A DNA stretch of 64,000 bases from positions 102 to 64,101 of the forward strand of contig CANRED010000006.1 in assembly GCA_947629555.1 (NCBI GenBank), given 5' to 3'. Shown here piece by piece: positions 1 through 8,247 of this stretch. The DNA is from an uncultured Clostridia bacterium. Lineage in GTDB: Bacteria > Bacillota > Clostridia > TANB77 > CAG-508. The notes under the pieces were generated by a model. It ran no database searches, was not told the origin of the DNA, and saw only the letters and a program-made list of their open reading frames with translations. Every line of letters begins with the position of its first letter. Position 1 is the first letter of the stretch. A program made the translations under genes and the position numbers.

Positions 1-1
1 T

Positions 2-475
2 ATAATAATAGGTATAGTATTAATTGCAATATTATTAATGTCTGTAGCATATTCAGCATTAGCTACACAAATTTCATTAAATGGAACAGGTAAAATTATT
101 AGCGAGTGGAATGTAAAAATAACTAGTGTTACTGCACAGGACATTAGCGAAGGTTGCAATGCAGGAACTCCTGAATTTACGGATACAAAAATAACTTTTA
201 ATGCTGAACTAGTAAAACCAGGCGATTATATTACGTATTTAATTATGATAGAAAATACTGGTACATTAGATGCTGTTTTAGATACTATCTCATTAACTCC
301 TGATGAAAACGGCTCACCAGCCATTATTTATACCCATACTGACCCAGAAACTTTATTACAAGCAGGAAAAACAACATGCTTTTTAATAAAGGTATCTTAT
401 GATGAAAATACTACAGAAATGCCATCAATTAAAAGTAGAACAATAACAGGCTTTGTAAAATATGTTCAAAAATAA
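2..475 (+). CDS. Secreted or membrane-anchored protein, N-terminus outside window (first gene of a SipW-linked locus)
   Basis: The frame is open from the window edge. A hydrophobic IIIGIVLIAILL segment precedes the first in-window Met at 38, and the stop is at 473-475. It lies directly upstream of a SipW-type signal peptidase gene. No family recognised. Confidence 0.5.
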   Translation: MIIGIVLIAILLMSVAYSALATQISLNGTGKIISEWNVKITSVTAQDISEGCNAGTPEFTDTKITFNAELVKPGDYITYLIMIENTGTLDAVLDTISLTPDENGSPAIIYTHTDPETLLQAGKTTCFLIKVSYDENTTEMPSIKSRTITGFVKYVQK

Positions 476-564
476 AATAGATTGCTAAATAAATTCGAAG
501 GTTAGAATTTGTTTTTTTTAAGTCTAACCTTTGATATTTTTTGCGAATAAGCTTGAAGGTGAAG

Positions 565-1692
565 ATGGTGAGATACTTAAAAAATAAAAATTTATTGTTA
601 ATTATTATAATATATGTGTTTATAACAACTAATTTAATTATTTTAAATAGTACAATTTATACAAATTTTATAAATCCTCTTTTTTGGGGAGGAATAATTA
701 TATATTTAATTATTTATAGAAAAAAGAATTATATTAGGTTTGATAAAAATAAAAAGTACTTTAAGTATATGGTTATAATTACGTGCATACATGTTATTAT
801 TTATTTGTACTTGGGATTTATATTAGGATTTTCAGAAAAAAGAAATAATTACAATTTTATTGCAACTATTATTCCAATAATTGGTATTGAAATGGCAAGA
901 AATGTAATAGCAACAAGTAATAAAAATAATAAGATAGTGCTCATATTTACTACAATATTATTTATTTTGGTAGAACTTAAATATAATATTTTGGTTAATT
1001 TATACCCTTACAAGGAGCCATTTTTTGAATATGCTTGTGAGACGATTTTGCCACTTATAGCATTTAATAGTCTATATACATACTTAACTTTAAAAGGTTC
1101 TTTTGCTATTCCTTTAGTATATAGAATTTTTGTTAGATTAATTGTGTTGGTATTACCTATTTCTTCTAGTGCTGACTGGTTTATTACAGCTACAATAGGT
1201 ATTTTATCTCCTGCAATTATTTATGCTTTATTTAGATATAAATTTGCTAATAAGAATGACGATATAAGGAAAAAGAAACAAAAATTTCACAACAAAATTA
1301 GTTTTACAGTGATTTTTATTTTTTGTATAAATTTAGTCTCATTTATGATAGGAATATTTAAATATGAACCAATAACAATACTGTCAAATAGTATGAAGCC
1401 TATTTATGAAAGAGGAGATGTAGTTATTTTTGAAAAGATGAGTGATAGTGAGTTAAGTCAAATACCTATAAATGAAATAATTGTTTATAGTGTAGGTGAA
1501 CAAAATATAGCACATCGAATTGTAGATAAAATAGAAGAAAATGGTACAGTAATATATCTAACAAAAGGAGATAACAATAATGTATCAGATAAAGTAGCAG
1601 TACAAATAGATCAGATTAAAGGCAAGTATATATTTCATATAAAATATATTGGATTTCCAACAGTTTGGTTATATGAATATTTTAATAAGTAG
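565..1692 (+). CDS. SipW/ER-type (S26B) signal peptidase I fused to an N-terminal ~270-aa polytopic membrane domain
   Basis: The C-terminal ~110 aa carry signal peptidase I motifs (SNSMKP, GDVV, IAHRIV, GDNN). The N-terminal part has 7-8 hydrophobic helices. ATG 565 with an AAGGTGAAG RBS is preferred over TTG 541. Confidence 0.7.
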   Translation: MVRYLKNKNLLLIIIIYVFITTNLIILNSTIYTNFINPLFWGGIIIYLIIYRKKNYIRFDKNKKYFKYMVIITCIHVIIYLYLGFILGFSEKRNNYNFIATIIPIIGIEMARNVIATSNKNNKIVLIFTTILFILVELKYNILVNLYPYKEPFFEYACETILPLIAFNSLYTYLTLKGSFAIPLVYRIFVRLIVLVLPISSSADWFITATIGILSPAIIYALFRYKFANKNDDIRKKKQKFHNKISFTVIFIFCINLVSFMIGIFKYEPITILSNSMKPIYERGDVVIFEKMSDSELSQIPINEIIVYSVGEQNIAHRIVDKIEENGTVIYLTKGDNNNVSDKVAVQIDQIKGKYIFHIKYIGFPTVWLYEYFNK

Positions 1693-1703
1693 AGGGGAAT
1701 TAT

Positions 1704-2780
1704 ATGATAAAAAAAAGAAGAAAACATATAAGTAAGGGAATAAATACTAGAAGGTTTAGGGGAGATAATAGAAAAAATTATGTTAGTATTATAGTTGTAG
1801 TTACTATGATTGTAATAGCAATTATTTTTGTAAAACTCGGGTTAGAATCAGAAAAAAATACAAAATCAATATATCAGTATAAAATTGAAAGAAAATCTGA
1901 TTATGAAGTGTTATTAAAAGAAAATAATTTCTATGTAACTAAAACACTTCCAGCAAATTTATACTATGCTTCTAAATCAATTGACAATTTTAATATAAAT
2001 TTTGAATATAACTTTAAGGGAAATAATAAAGTTGATACAGAATATGATTATAATATTACTGCTAACTTAGTTGGAACAGTGAAAGATGAATATAAAGACA
2101 AAGAGGTTTGGAATAGAAGTTTTAGTATTTTTGAAAACAAGAGCGATAAACAACTTGATAAAGATGAATTTTCAATTAAAGAAACAATTAATATTGATTA
2201 TCAAAAATATAATGATTTAGTACATTTATATGAAAGTGAGTATGGAATTAAAATTGATGCTGTTTTAAAAGTACGCTTTAATATAAGTTATAAAAATAAT
2301 GTAAATACTGAAAAAATAGATGATTTTATAGAATTGAATATACCAATAACTAATACTGTAACAGAGGTAAACGAAAATTATGAAAAAGAGAGTATAATAA
2401 ATGTTATGCCACCAATAGAAAAAATAAAAATAAGAGAATATATTTTGTATGCAACTGCAGGATTATTCGCAATATTAGCTTTAATTGCATTGGCAATAAG
2501 AAATAGTAAATACAAAATGACACCGCAAGAAAAATACGAAAAAAATGTAAACCATATTCTTAAATATTATAGAGATATAATTGTAACAGTAAACAATAAG
2601 CCAAATTTGAGCGATTTAAAAATGATGGAATTAATTACTTTAGACGATTTAATTGATGTTGCAGAACAAAATAATTGTAACATTATTCATTATGAAGACT
2701 TTACAAATAAAACTAACTATTTATATGCAATTGTAGGAAATTATGCATATTACTATATTAATGGGGACGGAGAAGATTGA
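1704..2780 (+). CDS. Membrane protein of unknown function (two TM segments), third gene of the SipW locus
   Basis: 358-aa ORF with a GGGGAAT RBS. It has TM helices near residues 28-45 and 245-265. The last 7 codons lie inside a palindromic repeat. Confidence 0.6.
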   Translation: MIKKRRKHISKGINTRRFRGDNRKNYVSIIVVVTMIVIAIIFVKLGLESEKNTKSIYQYKIERKSDYEVLLKENNFYVTKTLPANLYYASKSIDNFNINFEYNFKGNNKVDTEYDYNITANLVGTVKDEYKDKEVWNRSFSIFENKSDKQLDKDEFSIKETINIDYQKYNDLVHLYESEYGIKIDAVLKVRFNISYKNNVNTEKIDDFIELNIPITNTVTEVNENYEKESIINVMPPIEKIKIREYILYATAGLFAILALIALAIRNSKYKMTPQEKYEKNVNHILKYYRDIIVTVNNKPNLSDLKMMELITLDDLIDVAEQNNCNIIHYEDFTNKTNYLYAIVGNYAYYYINGDGED

Positions 2781-2820
2781 CACGCTTTTTACGTCAATCT
2801 TCTCCGTCCCCATTGACCTA
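2760..2820 (+). repeat. ~62-bp GC-rich palindromic repeat, copy 1 (GGGGACGGAGAAGATTGAC / GTCAATCTTCTCCGTCCCC)
   Basis: 19-bp inverted arms at 2763-2781 and 2793-2811. It is near-identical to 4122-4183, sits between convergent genes and probably acts as a bidirectional terminator. Confidence 0.8.
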
Positions 2821-4035
2821 TTAAACATTCTCTTTATCATTTAACAATTTATATAATTTAATAACAAAGAAGAGATATACTAAAGAAAAAATTAATAAAA
2901 TAATCATTATATAGATTAATTCTACTTTAAGTAATATTAAACTTACTAAAGTTGCTAAAATACATCTTACTATTTTTCTTGATAAATTAAAATTTAATAT
3001 AGCTTTTTGTTGATTCTCCTTACAACAATTATTTAATAATGCGTTTTTCAAAAAATTCATAATTGGATCTCTTGACAATAAAAGCATACAGAATCCTATA
3101 CTCATAATCACAATTCCAATAATATTTGATGGAATTAAATTACCAATAATTAAAAATGATATTGCAGTGATTAAATTAATATTTAAAATAATGATAAATT
3201 TATTTTTTATTTTTCTATATATATTACTAAAAAATATATTTGATAAAACTCTAACTATTCTAGACAAAGCAATAATAATTGATAAGTATATTGCAGTTTT
3301 GTTTACTGATATAAAGTTTTGCAAAGTATACTGAATAAATATTTTACCATTTTCTTGAGCAGTTTCTAAAGTTCCATATAATAATCCATATAATAAAACA
3401 ATTAAGAATAATACTTTTGTCCATTTAAACTTAGAATTATTTTTTTGTATAATTTCTTTTTGTAATTTAGATTCATATAAAAAATTTGATAGTAGTATAT
3501 TAATAAAACATATTAATATACAAATTATCATTGGCAAATAATGATTAATATTAAATATAAATCCAGCTATGAAAGCAATAATCATCGTTGATATAGCATA
3601 TATTAAACTGCTTTTACTTTGAATTTCTATAAATGAGTCCTCATCTTTTAAGTATTTTAAATTTCTTTTCAGAATAACAATATCCATTCCTTTAAAAAGA
3701 AAAGCTATATTATATAACACTTCTCCAATTGATATTACTATAAATGAACTGCCAAATGTTATTATAATTGATGATATAAATAATAGAACTAATCCTAATT
3801 TGACTGATTTTATATTACCTATTTTTTTTATTATCTTTAAAACAATATGTTGAGATAATATTGCAACAAAGCTTGAAATGGCTGATAGTAAACTAACTTG
3901 TGATGCAGAGAGCGACTTAACTGTTGTTAAAAATATTGTATTTATAGCTGCCCAAAATAATAAATCAGCAGACAATCCAGATAAATAAGGAAATATTTTA
4001 TTACTTAATTTTATTTTTTCATTAACTTCATCCAT
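2821..4035 (-). CDS. MFS-type transporter (about 12 TM)
   Basis: 404-aa highly hydrophobic ORF with MFS-like helix organisation. RBS AAGGAG upstream of ATG 4035. Confidence 0.6.
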   Translation of the reverse strand: MDEVNEKIKLSNKIFPYLSGLSADLLFWAAINTIFLTTVKSLSASQVSLLSAISSFVAILSQHIVLKIIKKIGNIKSVKLGLVLLFISSIIITFGSSFIVISIGEVLYNIAFLFKGMDIVILKRNLKYLKDEDSFIEIQSKSSLIYAISTMIIAFIAGFIFNINHYLPMIICILICFINILLSNFLYESKLQKEIIQKNNSKFKWTKVLFLIVLLYGLLYGTLETAQENGKIFIQYTLQNFISVNKTAIYLSIIIALSRIVRVLSNIFFSNIYRKIKNKFIIILNINLITAISFLIIGNLIPSNIIGIVIMSIGFCMLLLSRDPIMNFLKNALLNNCCKENQQKAILNFNLSRKIVRCILATLVSLILLKVELIYIMIILLIFSLVYLFFVIKLYKLLNDKENV

Positions 4036-4121
4036 TGGTACAACTCCTTATTGCATTATAACATATATAATATATTTTTTACTATAATTTTATTGAAAAG
4101 ATTTGAATAATTAATATAACT

Positions 4122-4183
4122 AATGGAGACGGAGAAAGATTGACACGCTTTTTGTGTCATGTATCTCCGTCTCCGTTGACCTA
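4122..4183 (+). repeat. ~62-bp GC-rich palindromic repeat, copy 2
   Basis: AATGGAGACGGAGAAAGATTGACACGCTTTTTGTGTCATGTATCTCCGTCTCCGTTGACCTA aligns end to end with 2760-2820. Arm changes are compensatory (GGGGAC/GTCCCC versus GGAGAC/GTCTCC). Confidence 0.8.
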
Positions 4184-4277
4184 AATATTAAAAACTATAA
4201 TAAAAATATTGCAAAAGGATAGATTATAATATAAAATAGAAAAATAAGATTGAGTAATAAAAGGAGAATGAATAAAA

Positions 4278-5369
4278 ATGAAGATAGGAATAGTTGGACT
4301 TCCAAATGTAGGAAAAAGTACAATGTTTAATGCAATAACAAATGCTGGGGCAGAATGTGCAAACTATCCATTTTGTACTATAGAGCCAAATATAGGAGTT
4401 GTACCAGTACCAGATGAAAGATTAGATAATTTAACAAAAATGTATAATCCTCAAAAAACTACACATGCAATAATAGAGTTTGTTGATATAGCAGGTTTAG
4501 TAAAAGGGGCAAGCAAGGGAGAAGGTTTAGGAAATAAATTTTTATCTCATATAAGGGAAGTAGATAGCATTGTTGAAGTTGTAAGATGTTTCGAAGATCC
4601 CAATGTAGTGCATGTTGATGGAAGCATAAATCCACTAAGAGACATAGAAACAATAAATTTAGAACTTATATTTGCAGATATAGAAACAATTGATAAAAAA
4701 ATTGAAAAAACAATAAAAATGTTGAAAGCGGATAAAAAATATCAAGAAGAATTAGATTTATTAAATAAAATAAAGAATACATTAGAACAAGGAAAATCAG
4801 CAAGAACAATAGATTTTACAGATGAAGAAAAAGAATTACTAAAAGATACATATTTACTTACAACAAAGCCAATACTATATATAGCAAATATTTCAGAAGA
4901 ACAGTTACAAAATGCTTTAAATGACTCAAATGTTAAGCAAGTTGCTGAATATGCAAAATCTGAGAATAGTAAAGTAATACCTTTATGCGTAAAAATTGAA
5001 GAAGAACTTAGCGGACTAGAACCAGAAGATAAAAAAGAAATGCTAGAAGCATTAGGATTAGATGAATCCGGTTTAGATAAAGTAATAAAAGAAAGTTATG
5101 ATTTGCTTGGATTAATGTCATTTTTAACTGCTGGAGAGCCAGAAGTTAGAGCATGGACAATAAAGAAAGGTACAAAGGCACCACAAGCAGCAGGTAAAAT
5201 TCACTCAGATATAGAAAGAGGCTTTATTAAAGCAGAGGTAGTTTCTTATGACGATTTAATGAGAGAAGGTTCAATGGTAGCAGCCAAAGAAAAGGGACTA
5301 GTTCGTTCAGAAGGAAAAGAATATGTAATGCAAGATGGCGATATTGTTTTATTTAGATTTAATGTGTAG
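4278..5369 (+). CDS. ychF: Ribosome-binding ATPase YchF
   Basis: GLPNVGKST P-loop, NYPFCTIEPN, and a C-terminal TGS-like AWTIKKGTKAPQAAGKIHSDIERGFI. 363 aa. Confidence 0.95.
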   Translation: MKIGIVGLPNVGKSTMFNAITNAGAECANYPFCTIEPNIGVVPVPDERLDNLTKMYNPQKTTHAIIEFVDIAGLVKGASKGEGLGNKFLSHIREVDSIVEVVRCFEDPNVVHVDGSINPLRDIETINLELIFADIETIDKKIEKTIKMLKADKKYQEELDLLNKIKNTLEQGKSARTIDFTDEEKELLKDTYLLTTKPILYIANISEEQLQNALNDSNVKQVAEYAKSENSKVIPLCVKIEEELSGLEPEDKKEMLEALGLDESGLDKVIKESYDLLGLMSFLTAGEPEVRAWTIKKGTKAPQAAGKIHSDIERGFIKAEVVSYDDLMREGSMVAAKEKGLVRSEGKEYVMQDGDIVLFRFNV

Positions 5370-5492
5370 AATATAAATAGGAATAAGTTTACATAAATAT
5401 TAAAATTTTCTAAAAAAAGTATTGCATATAATTTTAATTTATGGTATAAATAATAATAGATGTAAAAAATTTAATATATAGGAGAGAAGAAA

Positions 5493-5834
5493 ATGTTAAG
5501 TTTAAAAAAGAATGTTTTAAAAATAGTTATGATTATGTTAGTAATAGTAGCGTTATTAGTACCAGTTGCATCTTATGCAACAGATGATACAGTAAATGTA
5601 ATTACACCAGGAACATCTACACCAACACCTACAACATCTGCAAGTCCAAAGGCAACACCAAAAGCTACATCAACACCAAAAACTACCTCAACTCCAAAAG
5701 TTACACCAACTCCAAAATCAAATTTACCTCAAACAGGAATTGAAGATTATACAGGTTTAATAGTTATAACAGTAGTACTTGGAGCATCAGCAGTATTTGC
5801 ATATAAGAAAATAAAAGATTATGATAGATTATAA
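5493..5834 (+). CDS. Small LPXTG (LPQTG) sortase-anchored protein with a Thr/Pro/Lys-rich repeat stalk
   Basis: Signal peptide, STPK/TPKAT repeats, and an LPQTG motif followed by a TM helix and a basic tail. Confidence 0.8.
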   Translation: MLSLKKNVLKIVMIMLVIVALLVPVASYATDDTVNVITPGTSTPTPTTSASPKATPKATSTPKTTSTPKVTPTPKSNLPQTGIEDYTGLIVITVVLGASAVFAYKKIKDYDRL

Positions 5835-5843
5835 TACAAAAAA

Positions 5844-5877
5844 ATAAATCGCATTGAATGCGGTTTATTTTTTTTTG
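5844..5877 (+). terminator. Rho-independent terminator
   Basis: ATAAATCGCATT / AATGCGGTTTAT stem followed by a T9 run. Confidence 0.7.
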
Positions 5878-5899
5878 TAGGAAAGCTAAATTTCAAACT

Positions 5900-5926
5900 G
5901 TAAGGGTCGCATGGTATGAGACCCTT
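5900..5926 (+). repeat. REP-like GC hairpin unit (degenerate, GTAA foot)
   Basis: AAATTTCAAACTGTAAGGGTC...GACCCTT. It shares the left module AAATTTCAAACTGTA with the next unit. Confidence 0.6.
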
Positions 5927-5958
5927 TTGTTGTGTATTAAGAAAATAAATTTCAAACT

Positions 5959-6045
5959 GTAGGGGTCGGCGAGCATTGCATACTGAGGCTGTAACTCACA
6001 TTCGTTCGAACAGCCATAGCATCCCCGACGACCCGTGTAGCGAAA
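5959..6045 (+). repeat. REP-like unit with a ~55-bp nested insertion
   Basis: GTAGGGGTCGGCG ... CCCCGACGACCC arms enclose a GGCTGT...ACAGCC hairpin. The unit is followed by GTGTAGCGAA. Confidence 0.65.
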
Positions 6046-6087
6046 TATAAAGTAAAAGAGGTCGAATAATCGACCTCAATATAATAT

Positions 6088-7290
6088 TTATTCTTCTTTT
6101 AATGTAACTGTAACAGTTTTTTCTTTGCCATCTCTTACTAATTTTATATCTAATTTATCACCTATAGATTTTGAATTTTTAATTTCTGTTAATTCGTCCA
6201 TTGTAGAAATTTGTTTACCATCAGCTTCTATAATAACATCTCCAACTTTAATTCCTGCAAGTTCTGCTGCACTAAAATCTTCAACAGATTTTACATATAT
6301 TCCAACAGGCAATTTGTTTTTTTCAGCTTTTGCTTCATCTAAATCCATACCTTCAATTCCAATGTAAGGACGTTTAACTTTATTATATTCTATTAATTGT
6401 TTATATATATCTATTGTACTGTTTATTGGTATTGCAAATCCCATGTTTTCTACACCAGTAGCAGATATTTTTAAAGTATTTATTCCTATTACTTGACCTT
6501 GTGAGTTTACCAGTGCACCACCACTATTTCCAGCATTTATAGCAGCATCAGTTTGTAAAAGAACATATTTTGTTCCGTCATTACTTGTAATTTCTCTGTC
6601 AACTGCACTAATAATTCCACTTGTAACTGTACTTTTTAATCCTAGAGGATTTCCAATTGCCATTGCAAATTCTCCAATTTTTACAGCAGAAGAATCACCT
6701 AGTTCGGCAGGAGTAAGGCCAGTTTTATCTATTTTTATAACTGCTAAATCTGTTTGTGCATCAGTTCCAATAATTTCAGCTTCATATGGAGTGGTATCAT
6801 TAAATAAATATACAGTAACACTTTTTGCTTCACTTACTTCATAAAAGGCTGAATTAGAAGATGAACTTACTATGTGATTGTTTGTTAAAATGTATCCATC
6901 TTCACTTATGATTATACCTGATCCAGAAGCTGCTGATTCAGAAGAATACTGCATTCCATAACCAAAATTGCTTGTAACGTTAAATGTTACATTGATACCA
7001 ACAATAGATGGCAATACTTTACTTGCAACACCAACTGCAGTATCTGAAAATTGACTTAAAGAAACTAAATCAACAATTCCAGTATTTTGAGTAGTAATTG
7101 TTGATGGAGAAGATGTTTCTTTTGTTTCTCCAATTAATTTTGTTCTAATAGAAGTATTACCGAAACAAACTCCTATTACTAAAGATGTACCTAAAATTCC
7201 ACTTATAAAAGGAACAGCAATACTATTTTTAAAATTAGATTTTGCTTTTTTAGGTTTTTCATTATTAAAATAATCGTTTATATCATCCAT
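6088..7290 (-). CDS. htrA: HtrA/DegP-family serine protease with a C-terminal PDZ domain
   Basis: N-terminal TM helix, a trypsin-like fold with GNSGGAL around the active-site Ser, and a PDZ-like tail. Confidence 0.9.
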   Translation of the reverse strand: MDDINDYFNNEKPKKAKSNFKNSIAVPFISGILGTSLVIGVCFGNTSIRTKLIGETKETSSPSTITTQNTGIVDLVSLSQFSDTAVGVASKVLPSIVGINVTFNVTSNFGYGMQYSSESAASGSGIIISEDGYILTNNHIVSSSSNSAFYEVSEAKSVTVYLFNDTTPYEAEIIGTDAQTDLAVIKIDKTGLTPAELGDSSAVKIGEFAMAIGNPLGLKSTVTSGIISAVDREITSNDGTKYVLLQTDAAINAGNSGGALVNSQGQVIGINTLKISATGVENMGFAIPINSTIDIYKQLIEYNKVKRPYIGIEGMDLDEAKAEKNKLPVGIYVKSVEDFSAAELAGIKVGDVIIEADGKQISTMDELTEIKNSKSIGDKLDIKLVRDGKEKTVTVTLKEE

Positions 7291-7458
7291 AACTAACCCT
7301 CCTATAACTTCATTTTATAATATACTATTTTTACAAAAAAATAAATATATATGTGAAATTTGTAACTAAAATGTAATATTTAATATTGCATTATAAAATT
7401 TGTAAATATATAATAATAAATAATTATTAAATAAAACTTAAAAAGAAAGAAGAATATA

Positions 7459-8085
7459 ATGAAAGAAAAAGAAATAGATAGATTAAATAAGTTAAAAGAA
7501 TACGAAAATGAATTATATGAAACTGGTTTACAATATATTGCAGGAATTGATGAAGCAGGAAGAGGACCTCTTGCAGGACCTGTTGTCGTTGCTTGTGTAA
7601 TACTGCCAAAAGATTCTTTTATAGAAGGAGTAAACGATTCTAAGAAGGTATCTGAAAAGAAAAGGGAAAAATTATATGAAGATATAACTAATGAGGCAAT
7701 AGCATGGGGAGTAGGAATAGTAGATCAAAATGAGATAGACGAAATTAATATATTAAATGCAACAAAAAAAGCACTTACTATGTCAATACAAAGCTTAAAA
7801 GTAAAACCAGATAGAATTTTAGTTGATGCACTAGAGCATATAGATACTTGTGGAATACCATATACTTCTATAATAAAAGGTGATGCTAAAAATTATTCTA
7901 TTGCTGCAGCATCAATAATTGCAAAAGTTACGAGGGATAGAATAATGCGTGAATGGGATAGTGTATATCCACAATATGGTTTTGCAATTCATAAAGGATA
8001 TGGGACAGCAAAGCATATTCAAGCAATAAAAGAAAATGGAATATGTATGTTGCATAGGAAATCATTTGTAAAAAATATAATATAA
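7459..8085 (+). CDS. rnhB: Ribonuclease HII
   Basis: GIDEAGRGPLAGPVV catalytic motif. 208 aa. Confidence 0.95.
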   Translation: MKEKEIDRLNKLKEYENELYETGLQYIAGIDEAGRGPLAGPVVVACVILPKDSFIEGVNDSKKVSEKKREKLYEDITNEAIAWGVGIVDQNEIDEINILNATKKALTMSIQSLKVKPDRILVDALEHIDTCGIPYTSIIKGDAKNYSIAAASIIAKVTRDRIMREWDSVYPQYGFAIHKGYGTAKHIQAIKENGICMLHRKSFVKNII

Positions 8086-8089
8086 GGAA

Positions 8090-8211
8090 GTTTGAAAAAT
8101 AATCAGCATATTACGTCGTTATTTTTAATGAGAAAATCCTCAACGTACCTTAGTATGCCTCCGGTATTTCTCATTAAAAATGCCTAGTACTATACTAATT
8201 CTTTTTCAAAC
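8090..8211 (+). repeat. 122-bp imperfect-palindrome element (ERIC-like; candidate structured RNA), copy 1
   Basis: The outer arms GTTTGAAAAATAATCAGCATA / TATACTAATTCTTTTTCAAAC and the inner arms ATTTTTAATGAGAAA / TTTCTCATTAAAAAT pair. A second copy is at 18877-18998. Confidence 0.85.
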
Positions 8212-8247
8212 TTAATGTGTAAAATTAGAAAGGAATGGGAAGTATTT

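Noticed and set aside
4459-4653. A 64-aa minus-strand ORF inside ychF. It stands for the many similar 60-140-aa antisense or alternative-frame ORFs in the track, including 6125-6367, 7427-7609, 8703-9125, 12920-13348, 14751-15056, 16019-16288, 16553-16833, 22867-23280, 33519-33878, 41629-41937, 46628-47146, 59681-60472 and 61511-61774.
   Set aside because: Each lies wholly within a well-supported gene on the other strand or frame. They have low-complexity Leu/Phe/Ile-rich translations typical of AT-rich shadow frames, and no RBS.
8090-8211. A THF or ZTP riboswitch upstream of pdp/folA.
   Set aside because: The element is one long, nearly perfect hairpin. It lacks the multi-helix junction and the G-rich conserved cores I recall for the THF-I, THF-II or ZTP motifs. 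It is therefore treated as an unknown element.
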